Source: Candidatus Limnocylindria bacterium
Lineage (GTDB): Bacteria > Chloroflexota > Limnocylindria > P2-11E
Assembly: GCA_036394215.1 (NCBI GenBank)
Contig: DASWFN010000086.1
Coordinates: 1 to 62,054, forward strand
Reading direction: 5' to 3'
Length of the DNA: 62,054 nucleotides
The position numbers were made by a program, and so were the translations under genes. Shown here piece by piece: positions 17,632 through 27,004 of the stretch. Each line of letters begins with the position of its first letter. The first letter of the stretch is position 1. Below the pieces are notes generated by a model. That model was not told where the DNA came from. It saw only the letters and a list, made by a program, of their open reading frames with translations, and made no database searches.

Positions 17632-19371
17632 TTGGCCGCGAAGTACGGCTCCGATGTCATCGTCGACCTGCTGCAGGGGTTCGGTATCGAGTACGCCGCC
17701 CTGAATCCTGGCGCCACCTATCGCGGGCTCCACGACTCGATCGTCAACTACGGCGGCAACTCGCCCGAGATCGTGACCTGCACGCACGAAGAGGTCGCGG
17801 TGCAGATCGCGCACGGCTACGCGAAGGTGACCGGCAAGCCGATGGCCGCGATCGTCCACGATGTCGTGGGCCTGCTCCATTGCGCGATGGCGATCTATTA
17901 CGCGCACGTCGACCGCGTGCCGGTCCTGGTGCTGGGGGCCACGGGCCCGCTCGACCGGAGCAAGCGGCGCCCGTACATCGACTGGATCCACAGCGCGCTC
18001 GTCCAGGGCAACGCCGTCCGCGATTACGTGAAGTGGGACGACCAGCCGGCGAGCATCGCGGACTTCGGCTCGTCCTTCGCCCGCGGCTTCCGCATCGCGA
18101 CCCAGGAGCCGTCCGGCCCGGTGTACCTCTGCTACGACGCCGGGCTGCAGGAGGACGAGCTCGAGAAGCCGGTGAGCGTGGCCGCGGAGATCGCGGGCGC
18201 GCGCCCGACGGCGGTGCAGGCCGATCCGAGCGCGCTCGAGCACGCGGCGCACCTCATCGCGCACGCGGAGCGGCCGGTCATCATCGCGGAGTTCGCCGGC
18301 CGCCACCCCGTCGCGTTCTCCGAGCTGCGCCGCCTCGCCGAGCTGCTCGGCGCGCCGGTCATCGACGGCCAGGGCCGGCTCAACCTGCCCACCCGCCACC
18401 CGCTGAACTTCACCGGATCGGACGAGCCGCTGAAGGACGCCGACCTCGTGCTCGCCGTCGACGTCGGCGACCTCTCGCGCCAGCTGAACCGGCTCGACCG
18501 GTCGACGCACGAGAAGGAGCGCCGCATCCCCGAGGGCTGCACGATCATCGATCTCGGCCTCATGGAGCTGCGCTCGAGCAAGTGGTCGGAGGACCTCGGC
18601 GCGTTCCAGCCGGTCGATCTCTCCATCGTCGCCGACAGCGCGCTCGCGCTGCCGGCCCTCCGCGAGCTGGTCCAGGCCGACGCGAGCGCGACCTGGCCCG
18701 GCCGCCGGGCGAGGGCCGAGAAGGAGAACGAGAGGCTCCGCGCGGACGTGCAGAAGAAGAGCCGCGAGCACTGGGACGACTCGCCGATCTGGCCTGCGCG
18801 GCTGGCGAGCGAGGTCTGGGACGCGATCAAGGGCGAGGACTGGGTCTTCACCGGCGCCGACCTCGAGGACTGGGCCTGGAAGCTCTGGGACATCGACTCG
18901 CCGGTCCGCTGGCCGGGCCGCAGCCTGGGCACGGCGACGCAGATCGGCATGTCGATCGGCGTCGCGCTCGCGCACCGCGGTGACGGCAAGCTCGTCGTGG
19001 GCATCCAGCCGGACGGCGACCTGCTGTTCGACCCCGGCGCGCTCTGGACGGCGGCGAACCTGAAGCTGCCGATGCTGCTCGTCATGTACAACAACCGCGC
19101 GTACTACAACGACTGGGAGCATCAGCTCCGCGTCGCCGACAAGCGCGGGACCGACAAGGAGAAGGCGTACATCGGGATGGACCTCTCGGACCCGGCCCCC
19201 GACTTCGCGATGCTCGCGAAATCGTTCGGCTGGTACAGCGAGGGCCCGATCGTGCAGCCCGCGGACATCGGCCCGGCGCTGAAGCGCGCGATCGACGCGA
19301 TCAAGAAGGAGGGCCGGCCCGCGCTCATCGACACGATCGTCCGCAAGCGCGAGCTCACCCGCTTCCGCTAG
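17632..19371 (+). CDS. Thiamine-diphosphate-dependent enzyme (acetolactate synthase/benzoylformate decarboxylase-like), 579 aa
   Basis: The N-terminal PYR domain (HEEVAVQIAHGYAKVTGKP) carries the catalytic Glu context. ThDP motif GDLLFDPGALWTAANLKLPMLLVMYNNRAY (GDG-x24-NN type). TTG start follows GAGGAGGG. Confidence 0.8.
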   Translation: MAAKYGSDVIVDLLQGFGIEYAALNPGATYRGLHDSIVNYGGNSPEIVTCTHEEVAVQIAHGYAKVTGKPMAAIVHDVVGLLHCAMAIYYAHVDRVPVLVLGATGPLDRSKRRPYIDWIHSALVQGNAVRDYVKWDDQPASIADFGSSFARGFRIATQEPSGPVYLCYDAGLQEDELEKPVSVAAEIAGARPTAVQADPSALEHAAHLIAHAERPVIIAEFAGRHPVAFSELRRLAELLGAPVIDGQGRLNLPTRHPLNFTGSDEPLKDADLVLAVDVGDLSRQLNRLDRSTHEKERRIPEGCTIIDLGLMELRSSKWSEDLGAFQPVDLSIVADSALALPALRELVQADASATWPGRRARAEKENERLRADVQKKSREHWDDSPIWPARLASEVWDAIKGEDWVFTGADLEDWAWKLWDIDSPVRWPGRSLGTATQIGMSIGVALAHRGDGKLVVGIQPDGDLLFDPGALWTAANLKLPMLLVMYNNRAYYNDWEHQLRVADKRGTDKEKAYIGMDLSDPAPDFAMLAKSFGWYSEGPIVQPADIGPALKRAIDAIKKEGRPALIDTIVRKRELTRFR

Positions 19372-20744
19372 CCGGCGGGCGCGAGCTCCGGCTCGACGGA
19401 GAACAGCGACCACTCGCCGGGCACGCCCTTGAGCTCGGTGCGGGCGCGCTCGGCGAACCGCAGGCCGGAGCCCGCGACGAGGTCCTTCACGGTGCTCGAG
19501 ACGAGGACCTCCCCCGGCGCGGCCTGCTCGCGCACGCGGGCGCCGATGATCGTCGCGATCCCGCCGGTCTTCCCCGCGATGATCTCGCATTCGCCGGCAT
19601 GCAGCCCGGCGCGGATCTCGAGCCCGAGCGGGCGCAGCGCGTCGCGGATCGCGGTCGCGCAGCGAACGGCGCGCGCCGGGCCGTCGAACGTCGCATAGAA
19701 GCCGTCGCCCGCGGTGTCGACCTCGCGTCCGCGGTACCGCGCGAGCTGCCGGCGCACGGCGGCGTGGTGCGCCTCGACGAGCTGCCGCCAGCCGCGATCG
19801 CCCAGCTCGCTCGCCTTCACGGTCCCGTTCACGATGTCGGTGAACAGGACCGTCGCGAGCACCCGCTCGGGCTCGGGGACGTCCCACTCCCCGCGCTCCC
19901 GGATCCCGGCGATGAAGCGCTCGACCTCGCGCCCGGTCTGCTCGGGATCTACGAAGAACGCGTGGTCCGCGCCCTCGAGCTCCACGAGCTCCGCGTTCGG
20001 GATGCGGTCCGCCATGTAGCGCGCGCCGTGCAGGCTGAACGTCAGCTCGTCCCGGCGGTGCAGCACGAGGGTCGGGACGCGGATCGTCGGCAGCACGTGC
20101 CGGACGTCCATTTCGACGTTCATCCGGAACAGGTTCGCGGCGGCACCGGGGCTCGCGCTCGACCGCATCCAGAGCGCGAACCACCGTTTCAGCTCGTCGC
20201 TGTGCGGGATCAGGCCGGGGGCGAAGACCCGCAGTCGCTCGTCCGCGTAGGCCTGGGTGCCCCAGCGGCCCTCGCGCTCGTTGCGGTCGATGCCGGCCAG
20301 CGCCTCCTCGCGCGTTCGCAGCTCCGGAAACTCGCTGTTGCGGTGGAAGGATGGCCCGGTCCCGAGCAGGATCGCGGCGGCCGTGCGCTCCGGGTAGGTC
20401 GCCGCGAAGAGCAGGGTCATCGGTCCGCCCTCGGAGACGCCCATGATCGCCGCGCGCGGCGAGCCGGCCGCGTCCATCACCGCGCGCACATCGTCCATGC
20501 GCGTCTCGAGGTCCGCGATGCCGATCCGGTCGGACATGCCCGTGCCGCGCTTGTCGAAGAGGATGAGCCGGCAGGAACGGGCGTAGCGGGCGAAGAACTC
20601 GGCCGCGGGGCCGTCCCAGGCCCGGTCGAGCAGCCCGAGAGGCCAGCCGCCGATGAAGACGAGGTCGACCGGGCCGTTGCCGACGACGCCGTAGGCGATG
20701 CTGACGTCGCCGCTCTTCGCGTAGCGGACCTCGGGTGCGTTCAT
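19368..20744 (-). CDS. Alpha/beta hydrolase fused to class III adenylate/guanylate cyclase domain (LipJ-like), 458 aa
   Basis: The N-terminal half has GVSEGG (GxSxG) and a late ADHAFF. The C-terminal half has VLFTDIVNGT and DTAGDGFYATF (the two metal-Asp contexts) and RAGLHAGECE. Confidence 0.8.
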   Translation of the reverse strand: MNAPEVRYAKSGDVSIAYGVVGNGPVDLVFIGGWPLGLLDRAWDGPAAEFFARYARSCRLILFDKRGTGMSDRIGIADLETRMDDVRAVMDAAGSPRAAIMGVSEGGPMTLLFAATYPERTAAAILLGTGPSFHRNSEFPELRTREEALAGIDRNEREGRWGTQAYADERLRVFAPGLIPHSDELKRWFALWMRSSASPGAAANLFRMNVEMDVRHVLPTIRVPTLVLHRRDELTFSLHGARYMADRIPNAELVELEGADHAFFVDPEQTGREVERFIAGIRERGEWDVPEPERVLATVLFTDIVNGTVKASELGDRGWRQLVEAHHAAVRRQLARYRGREVDTAGDGFYATFDGPARAVRCATAIRDALRPLGLEIRAGLHAGECEIIAGKTGGIATIIGARVREQAAPGEVLVSSTVKDLVAGSGLRFAERARTELKGVPGEWSLFSVEPELAPAG

Positions 20745-20880
20745 CTCGGGAAGCCTACGCTCGCTCGCCCGACACCCAAGGCTGGCGGCGAATGCAACAA
20801 GTTGTGGCGCCGGCCTCCATTGACACCGCGACGATCCATTCGGCCCGCAGTGATAGCGGGATGCCGGCGTTCCGCATCAC

Positions 20881-22371
20881 GTGCGCTCACTGTTCCTCCG
20901 CGGATGCGAAGTCCTCGTGAGCCTCGCCGCGATCGCGCTCATCGCCTGGGCGCCAGTGCCCCAGACGATCGAGACCTCTCTCGTCTCCGTGCCGGACGAC
21001 CGACCGAGGTCGCGCAGCGCGCTCGCCGATCCACTGAGCTGCACCGACCGCGCGTCGATCCCGGCGGTCGAGAACGTGACCGCGACCGCCTGGTCGCCGG
21101 ACTCGTCGACGATCGCGCTCGTGCACACGGTCAACATCCCGTCGCGGGCGAGCATCACCGGCTACGAGGAGGACCAGCGCCTCGCGTTCTTCGACGTCGA
21201 GACCGGCACCTTGCGTGACCGGGGCCACGGCAACCGGCCCTCGTGGTCCGCCAGCGGAGCCTACCTTGGGTATTGGAACGACGACGGCACGATCCACATT
21301 CTCCACCGCGGCGAGATCGTCGCGAAGATCGACGCCTCGCAGCCCGGCTTCGGCTGGAACGGCGACGCGCTCCTCTACTGGTTCCACGACGAGATCCGGG
21401 TCTGGGACTCGGGCGTGGACTGGACCCTCGCCCACGTCGGCGAGGATCAGGCGCCGCGCTACCCCTACGACGACGCCTACTTCAGCGCGGATGGGACGCA
21501 GTTCACGATCACGCGCTATTCGTATGACGGCACGAGCCGCCGCTCCGTCGGACTGACCGCCACCGGCGCGATGGCGCCGATCGGCGACGGCAACACGACG
21601 TTCACCCAGTGGTCGCCGACCGGCGCGACGCTGCTGCTCCGCTCGGCGACGGCGGTCTCGCTCCGCGCGGCCGATGGGACCGTCCAGAACGCAGCGCTCG
21701 CGAGCTTCCGCGGCCCGGTCCATGGCTGGACCGGTGACGGCCGCCTCTACGTCGGCACGATGTCCGCGACCGTCCCGGGCGGCAACGCCTTCGACCGGTT
21801 CGCCATCTGGAACGGCGACGACGACGCGATCGCGACGATCCCGAATCTCCTCGGGGCGCGCGCCTTCAGTCCCGACGGCCGCTGGTTCGCCGGCGTCAGC
21901 CGGACCGGCCTCTATTCGAGCGTCCTCGAGCTCTATCGCTGCGGCGTGCTCATCGGCGACGGCGTCGACTTCCGGTCCGACCCCGTGTCGCGCTCGCGAG
22001 CGCAGACGATCGCCACCGATGCGAACCGGTTCGTGCGGCCGACCGCCGGTGCCTTCACCCAGTTCCTGCAGGGCAGTCACACCGGCATCGACGTCGCGGC
22101 CCCGGTGGGCTCGCTCCTCGTCGCCTCCGACGACGGCGTCGTCGACGCGGTCGGCTGGGTCCCGGTCGGCGGCTTCCGGGTGTGCGTCATGCATGCGGGC
22201 GGGCTCGAGAGCTGCGACTACCACACGTCCCTGTCGCTCGTGAACATCGGCGACCACGTCGCCCGCGGCCAGCCCGTCGCGTTGGTCGGCATGACCGGGC
22301 TCACGACCGGCCCGCACGTCCACTGGGAAGTGAAGCGCGACGGGCGGATCGTCAACCCGCTGGACCAGTGA
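20881..22371 (+). CDS. Membrane-anchored PD40/TolB-like beta-propeller protein with C-terminal M23 (LytM) peptidase domain
   Basis: N-terminal TM segment VLVSLAAIALIAWAP. Repeated W/FSPDG-type blades (WSPDSSTIAL, FSADGTQFTI, WSPTGATLLL, FSPDGRWFAG). M23 motifs HTGIDVAAP (HxxxD) and GPHVHWEV (HxH). Confidence 0.75.
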   Translation: MRSLFLRGCEVLVSLAAIALIAWAPVPQTIETSLVSVPDDRPRSRSALADPLSCTDRASIPAVENVTATAWSPDSSTIALVHTVNIPSRASITGYEEDQRLAFFDVETGTLRDRGHGNRPSWSASGAYLGYWNDDGTIHILHRGEIVAKIDASQPGFGWNGDALLYWFHDEIRVWDSGVDWTLAHVGEDQAPRYPYDDAYFSADGTQFTITRYSYDGTSRRSVGLTATGAMAPIGDGNTTFTQWSPTGATLLLRSATAVSLRAADGTVQNAALASFRGPVHGWTGDGRLYVGTMSATVPGGNAFDRFAIWNGDDDAIATIPNLLGARAFSPDGRWFAGVSRTGLYSSVLELYRCGVLIGDGVDFRSDPVSRSRAQTIATDANRFVRPTAGAFTQFLQGSHTGIDVAAPVGSLLVASDDGVVDAVGWVPVGGFRVCVMHAGGLESCDYHTSLSLVNIGDHVARGQPVALVGMTGLTTGPHVHWEVKRDGRIVNPLDQ

Positions 22372-22378
22372 CCTCGAG

Positions 22379-23104
22379 CTAGAGGTCATCCAGCGCGCCG
22401 GCGCGCCGCGCGCGCTCCTGCGCGTCGATCCACGTCTTCTCGATCACGAACGGCTGCCACAGGCTCACCGCGACCCGCCTGATCTCGTCCTCGGTGTATG
22501 GCTTCGGATCGCCGATGGTCATCGCATACGCCAGGCGCTTCGCGTTCTCCTCGAGGTACAGCGACAGGGTCACGCAGCTCGGCACGTCGTCGGCGACGAC
22601 GGCGACACCGTGACCGCGGAGCAGCACGGCGCGATGCGCGCCGAGGTCGCGCGCCATCGCGGTCCCCTGCTGATCGGTGCGGACGAGGTCGGGATCGTCG
22701 TGCACCGGCACCACGTTCCCGAACGGCGCGCCGGCGTTGAACGCGGTGATGAGCGGCTTCCCCACCGTCGCGAACGCCGTCGCCGCGAGCGGATGGAAGT
22801 GCGACGCGCTGCGGATCTCCGGCCGGGCGCGATAGCAGCCGAGGTGCAGGGGCGTCTCCGCGGGCGGCTCGCCGGCGACGACGGACCCGTCGGCCACCCG
22901 CACGATGGCGACCTCATCCGGGCCGACCGCGATCCGCGACGTCCGGCGGCCGTTGATGTACGCGACGTCCCCATCCCGCAGGCTGATGTGGCCGTGCATG
23001 TCGAACAGGCCGGCGACCGCCATGACCCGGCACGCGAGCGCGACGAGCGCCCGGTTCTCGGCCTCCCGCGGAAGGGTCGTCACGGGAGCCTTCAGCTCGC
23101 TCAC
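22379..23104 (-). CDS. Class II aldolase/adducin-family protein
   Basis: 241 aa with MHGHISLRD...SHFHPLAATAF...LLRGHGVAVV, the His-rich metal site typical of the family. Confidence 0.8.
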   Translation of the reverse strand: MSELKAPVTTLPREAENRALVALACRVMAVAGLFDMHGHISLRDGDVAYINGRRTSRIAVGPDEVAIVRVADGSVVAGEPPAETPLHLGCYRARPEIRSASHFHPLAATAFATVGKPLITAFNAGAPFGNVVPVHDDPDLVRTDQQGTAMARDLGAHRAVLLRGHGVAVVADDVPSCVTLSLYLEENAKRLAYAMTIGDPKPYTEDEIRRVAVSLWQPFVIEKTWIDAQERARRAGALDDL

Positions 23105-23646
23105 GTGGGATAGCCCTCCGGCGCTTCCTCGCTCGTGACGTGGCCGATGTGCGCGTACCGTCGGCGGAAGCGCAGCAGCGCGTCGACCTTCGCCGGATCG
23201 ACCCGATGCGCGCGCACCTCGCCGGTGAAGAGAATGTGGTCGCCGCTCTCGCGCGAATCACGAACGACGCACCAGAGCACGGCCATCGACCCGGCGACCG
23301 CGGGCGCGCCGCCGGCGTCGGGCGGCGCATCGAGCGGCCGGATCTTCAGCGTGGCGAACTTGTCCGGGCCGTCGGCGGACTTGCCGGCCCGCTCGGCGAT
23401 GTCCTGCTGCGAGCTGTGGAGGAACGACACGCTGAACGCGCCGCTCCGCTGAATGAGCTTGCAGGTCCGGCTTCCGGGATGCTCGGCGATCGCGACCATC
23501 GGGGGGACGAACGAGACATACATCGCGGTGCCGGTCGCGCAGGACCGTTCAGCCCCGTCGGCGGCGCCGATGATCGCCACGCCATGCGGGATCCGCGACA
23601 GCGCGACGCGGGCGATCTCATACCGATCGCCAGTGTTTTCAGGCAT
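23101..23646 (-). CDS. Flavin reductase (split-barrel FMN-binding domain)
   Basis: IPHGVAIIGAADG...SFVPPMVAI...LFTGEV pattern. I prefer ATG 23646 (MPENTG) over the track TTG 23673. The stop overlaps the aldolase start. Confidence 0.75.
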   Translation of the reverse strand: MPENTGDRYEIARVALSRIPHGVAIIGAADGAERSCATGTAMYVSFVPPMVAIAEHPGSRTCKLIQRSGAFSVSFLHSSQQDIAERAGKSADGPDKFATLKIRPLDAPPDAGGAPAVAGSMAVLWCVVRDSRESGDHILFTGEVRAHRVDPAKVDALLRFRRRYAHIGHVTSEEAPEGYPT

Positions 23647-23664
23647 GCGGGCGAGGCTAGCAGC

Positions 23665-23690
23665 AATGGTCAAATGGTCTGATAATTCCC
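23665..23690. promoter_or_regulatory. GntR/FadR-type operator-like motif in flavin reductase / SBP divergent region
   Basis: AATGGTCAAATGGTCTGATAATTCCC. TGGTCAAATG is also present (reverse complement) at 12126-12135 and, as TGGCAAATG, at 35208. Confidence 0.35.
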
Positions 23691-23739
23691 GCGTCTCGCT
23701 CGCGGGCGTGTCCGCGGGGCGGGACGTGGGAGGTGGCAG

Positions 23740-24780
23740 GTGAGGTCCACGCAGGCACGTCGCAGCTTCGCGATCACGATCGCCATGGCCCTCGTCGTCG
23801 CGTGCGGCGGCACGGGGGCGCCGGCCGCGGTCACGAGCCCGTCGGCCGCGGCGAGCACCCCGACCCCGGCACCGACGATCGTCAAGCTCCGCGCCGCGTA
23901 CGGCAACGTGACCCCGGCGAACCTCGCGCCGTTCTACGCGAAGGAGAAGGGGATCTTCCTACAGAACGGCCTCGACGTGGATCTCCAGCTCATCGACGGC
24001 GGCGGCAAGTCCATGGCCGCGCTGCTCGGGGGCTCCGTCGAGATCGCGCAGCTCGGCGGGACCGAGCTGATGAACGCGTTCGTCGGCGGAGGGGACGTCG
24101 AAGCGGTCGCGCTCTTCGTGCCCGTCTCGCCGTGGGTGATGATGGCGCCCTCCAGCTACACCGGCCCGAACGACCTCAAGGGCAAGACCATCGGGATCGC
24201 ATCGAAGGGCGGCTCGTCCGAGATCGCCGCGAACCAGATGATCGACAAGCTGGGGCTCAAGCTGACCGACGTGACCATCCTCGCGACGGGCTCCACCGCG
24301 AACCTGACATCCGCGATGCTCGCAAAGCAGGTGTACGCGGGCCCGGGCCACCCGCCGGACACGGCCGCGCTGTTCAAGGCCGGCTACAAGGTCGTGGCCG
24401 ACCTGGCCGCGCAGAATGTGCCGGCGGTCGAGAACTGCACCATCGTCACCAAGAAATTCGCGACCGCGAACCCCGGCGTGATGCAGAAGTACGTCGACTC
24501 GCTCATCCAGGCCATCGTCGCGATGAAAAAGGACAAGGCCGGGACGCTGCCGGTCATGGAGAAGCTCCTCAAGGTCTCGGACCAGGATGCGCTGTCCCAG
24601 ACCTACGACTACTACGTGACGCAGATCTTCCCGGTGTACCCGACGGTCGCGCCGAAGGAGTGGACCTATAGCCGCGACGAGCTCGCCAAGACGACCCCGA
24701 CGGTGAAGGACCTCGACGTGACCAAGATCATCGACAACTCGTTCGTGAAGAACGCGCAGGAGAGAAAGGTCGGGGGATGA
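23740..24780 (+). CDS. ABC substrate-binding lipoprotein, NMT1/THI5 (SsuA/TauA-like) family
   Basis: Lipobox ALVVACGG. Paralog of 30887..31939 and 35261..36297 (shared KGIF..NGLDVDLQLI..G and LKGK.IG motifs). GTG start follows GGGAGGTGG. Confidence 0.8.
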   Translation: MRSTQARRSFAITIAMALVVACGGTGAPAAVTSPSAAASTPTPAPTIVKLRAAYGNVTPANLAPFYAKEKGIFLQNGLDVDLQLIDGGGKSMAALLGGSVEIAQLGGTELMNAFVGGGDVEAVALFVPVSPWVMMAPSSYTGPNDLKGKTIGIASKGGSSEIAANQMIDKLGLKLTDVTILATGSTANLTSAMLAKQVYAGPGHPPDTAALFKAGYKVVADLAAQNVPAVENCTIVTKKFATANPGVMQKYVDSLIQAIVAMKKDKAGTLPVMEKLLKVSDQDALSQTYDYYVTQIFPVYPTVAPKEWTYSRDELAKTTPTVKDLDVTKIIDNSFVKNAQERKVGG

Positions 24781-24814
24781 CAGGGGCCCCCGCGAGCAGG
24801 GGCAGGGGCCCCTG
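24781..24814. terminator. GC-rich hairpin between convergent genes
   Basis: CAGGGGCCCC-N14-GGGGCCCCTG is a perfect 10-bp inverted repeat just after the SBP stop and before the coxL-like stop. There is no U-tract. Confidence 0.4.
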
Positions 24815-24841
24815 AGCGCGTAGCGCCAGTCGCGAGCAGGG

Positions 24842-27004
24842 TTATCCGGCGGGCTTTGCCCGCCTAAGGGCGCGCCAGACCCTCTCGGCGGTGATCGGGA
24901 GGGTCTGGACGCGCGCCCCGCTCGCATCGTGCACGGCGTTCGCGACGGCCGCGGGCACTCCGGGGTTCAGGAGCTCGCCCGCGGAGCGCGAGCCGTACGG
25001 GCCGACGCCATGGTGGTCGCTCAGGTGGACGATCCGGAGCGGCGGCACGTCGGCGATGGTCGGCAGCTTGTAGTCGCCCAGGTTCGCCGCGCGCACGCGC
25101 CCGTCCTCGAGGGCCAGATCCTCGGTGAGGGCCATCCCGAGGCCGTAGACGAAGCCGCCCTCCAGCTGGCCCCGCAGCAGGACCGGATTGATGACCTGGC
25201 CGACGTCGACCACGGCCACTGCCGCGAGCAGCCGGACCGTCCCGGTCTCGGCGTCGACGGAGGCCTCGATCGCGATGGCGCAGGCGCCGTGGTCGGCCGC
25301 CGTCGCGTCGAACTTCGCGGATGCCTCGATCGTCTCGCCCGGGCCGAGCGACCTCGCGGCCTCGGCGACGCTCGTGCCGCCGAGCTTCGCCTGGAGCGCC
25401 TGCGCGGCCGCGAGCGCCGCGCCGCCGTGGACCGGGGTCACCCGGCTTCCGCCGATGCCGGGATCCTTCGGACCGTCGGTCGAGAGGCGGCGCACGCGAA
25501 TGACCGACGGATCGATCCCGAGCGTCGCCGCGACGATCCGCTGGATGAGGGTGTGCTGGCCGCCGCCCTGCTCCCCCACGCCGGTGGTGGCCTCGATCCG
25601 CCCATCGCGCTCGAGGCGCAGCGTGATCGTGGCCGACCCGGTGCCCACGTGGCGGACGCCGAGCGCGAAGCCGACGCCACGTCCGGGCTCGCGCTTGCGC
25701 TCCGCGCCGATCTCCGCCGCGGCGCGGTCGAGCAGCGCGTGCAGGTCCGGCCCGTGCCACGGCACGCCGCTCGTGATCGGATCGCCGGTGCGCGCGGCGT
25801 TCCGGCGCCGCAGCTCGAGCGGCGCGATGCCAAGCTCGCGCGCGATGAGGTCGAGGTGCGACTCCGACGCGAAGACGTTTTGCGGCTGTCCCGGCGCGCG
25901 CATGTGTCCGCCGGGGACCTGGTTCGTGTAGACGACCGCGGCCTCGTGCCGCGACGCGGGCACCCGATAGCCTTCGAGGGTCTGCACTCCGCCCTCGACC
26001 ATGAGGCGCGGCGTCGGCTTCCCGGCGGCGTAGGCCCCGCCGTCGAAGATCGCGCGCGACTCGTGGGCGACGATGCGCCCGTCCGCGTCGACGCCGGTGC
26101 GGAGACGGATGCGTGAGGCGTGCCGCGGGTTCATCGCGGTCAGCTCATCGGCCATCCGCGTGATCGCGCGCACCGGCCGGCCGGTGGCCTTCGCGAGGAA
26201 GTAGAGGACGTATTCGTCCGTCGAAAGGCCCTTGCCCCCGAAGTCGCCGCCGATCGGCCCGTTGTCGACGACGATGCGCTCCGGCGTGAGCCCGAGGCCC
26301 GCGGCCATCTGATCGCGGAGCGTGAACGGCGCCTTGTTCGTCGAGACCACGTGCACCCGGTCGTCCTCGATCCACACGACGGCCGCGTGGGGCTCGAGGG
26401 CCAGCTGATGGATCCTCGGGGTCGCGAACTCGTGCTCGAAGACGCGGGCCGCACCGGCGAACGCGGCGTCGACGTCGCCGCCGTGCGATTCCCTGACGTA
26501 GCCCTGATGGTTCGGGTGCGGTCCCGACGGCCGCGGGCCGCGGCCCTCGAGGAACCGATAGCTCGCGCTGTCCGGATGCAGCGCCGGCGCGCCGGGCGTG
26601 ATCGCGTCCTCCATGTCGAGGATCGCCGGCAGCTCCTCGTAGTCGACGTCGATCAGCCGCACGGCCTCGTCCGCGATCGCCCGTGTGTCCGCCGCGACGG
26701 CCGCGACGCGGTCGCCGACGAACAGCACCCGATCCCAACAGAGGACCGGCCAGTCCTGCAGCCGCCTGCCGAGCCGCGCGCCATTCACGTCGGCTCCCGT
26801 GATCACGGCGCGGACGCCGGGTAGCGCGCGGGCGCGCGACGCGTCCACCGAGCGGATCCGCGCGTGCGGATACGGGCTCCGCACGAACGCGGACTCGAGC
26901 GCGCCGGGGAGCGCGATGTCGGCGGTGTACTTCGTCGCGCCGTTCGTCTTGCCGTCGCCGTCGAGCCGCCGTTCCGGCGTGCCGAAGAGCGCCGGAGCGC
27001 TCAT
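24842..27004 (-). CDS. Xanthine dehydrogenase-family molybdopterin-binding large subunit (CoxL/HmfA-like), ~720 aa
   Basis: GGDFGGKG Mo-cofactor motif and C-terminal GSRSAGELLN (catalytic Glu context). I prefer ATG 27004 (ATGA overlap with the CoxG stop) over the track TTG 27028. Confidence 0.85.
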   Translation of the reverse strand: MSAPALFGTPERRLDGDGKTNGATKYTADIALPGALESAFVRSPYPHARIRSVDASRARALPGVRAVITGADVNGARLGRRLQDWPVLCWDRVLFVGDRVAAVAADTRAIADEAVRLIDVDYEELPAILDMEDAITPGAPALHPDSASYRFLEGRGPRPSGPHPNHQGYVRESHGGDVDAAFAGAARVFEHEFATPRIHQLALEPHAAVVWIEDDRVHVVSTNKAPFTLRDQMAAGLGLTPERIVVDNGPIGGDFGGKGLSTDEYVLYFLAKATGRPVRAITRMADELTAMNPRHASRIRLRTGVDADGRIVAHESRAIFDGGAYAAGKPTPRLMVEGGVQTLEGYRVPASRHEAAVVYTNQVPGGHMRAPGQPQNVFASESHLDLIARELGIAPLELRRRNAARTGDPITSGVPWHGPDLHALLDRAAAEIGAERKREPGRGVGFALGVRHVGTGSATITLRLERDGRIEATTGVGEQGGGQHTLIQRIVAATLGIDPSVIRVRRLSTDGPKDPGIGGSRVTPVHGGAALAAAQALQAKLGGTSVAEAARSLGPGETIEASAKFDATAADHGACAIAIEASVDAETGTVRLLAAVAVVDVGQVINPVLLRGQLEGGFVYGLGMALTEDLALEDGRVRAANLGDYKLPTIADVPPLRIVHLSDHHGVGPYGSRSAGELLNPGVPAAVANAVHDASGARVQTLPITAERVWRALRRAKPAG

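Noticed and set aside
17593-20184. 863-aa minus-strand ORF, the longest in the track
   Set aside because: It is Arg/Ala/Gly/Pro/Asp-rich and low-complexity with no motifs. It lies antisense to, or out of frame with, the ThDP enzyme and hydrolase-cyclase genes, which both carry clear catalytic motifs. It is a typical shadow ORF of high-GC DNA.
20745-20880. Possible riboswitch (for example the c-di-AMP/ydaO type often found before cell-wall hydrolase genes) upstream of the M23 peptidase
   Set aside because: I could not see the conserved sequence blocks I associate with that class or any convincing multi-stem structure by eye, and the region is short. A covariance-model scan (Rfam) would settle it.
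22369-22388. Inverted repeat TGACCTC-N6-GAGGTCA spanning the stops of the convergent M23 and aldolase genes, considered as a terminator
   Set aside because: It has only a 7-bp stem and no U-tract on either strand, and it is partly explained by the two stop codons themselves. The evidence is too weak to call.
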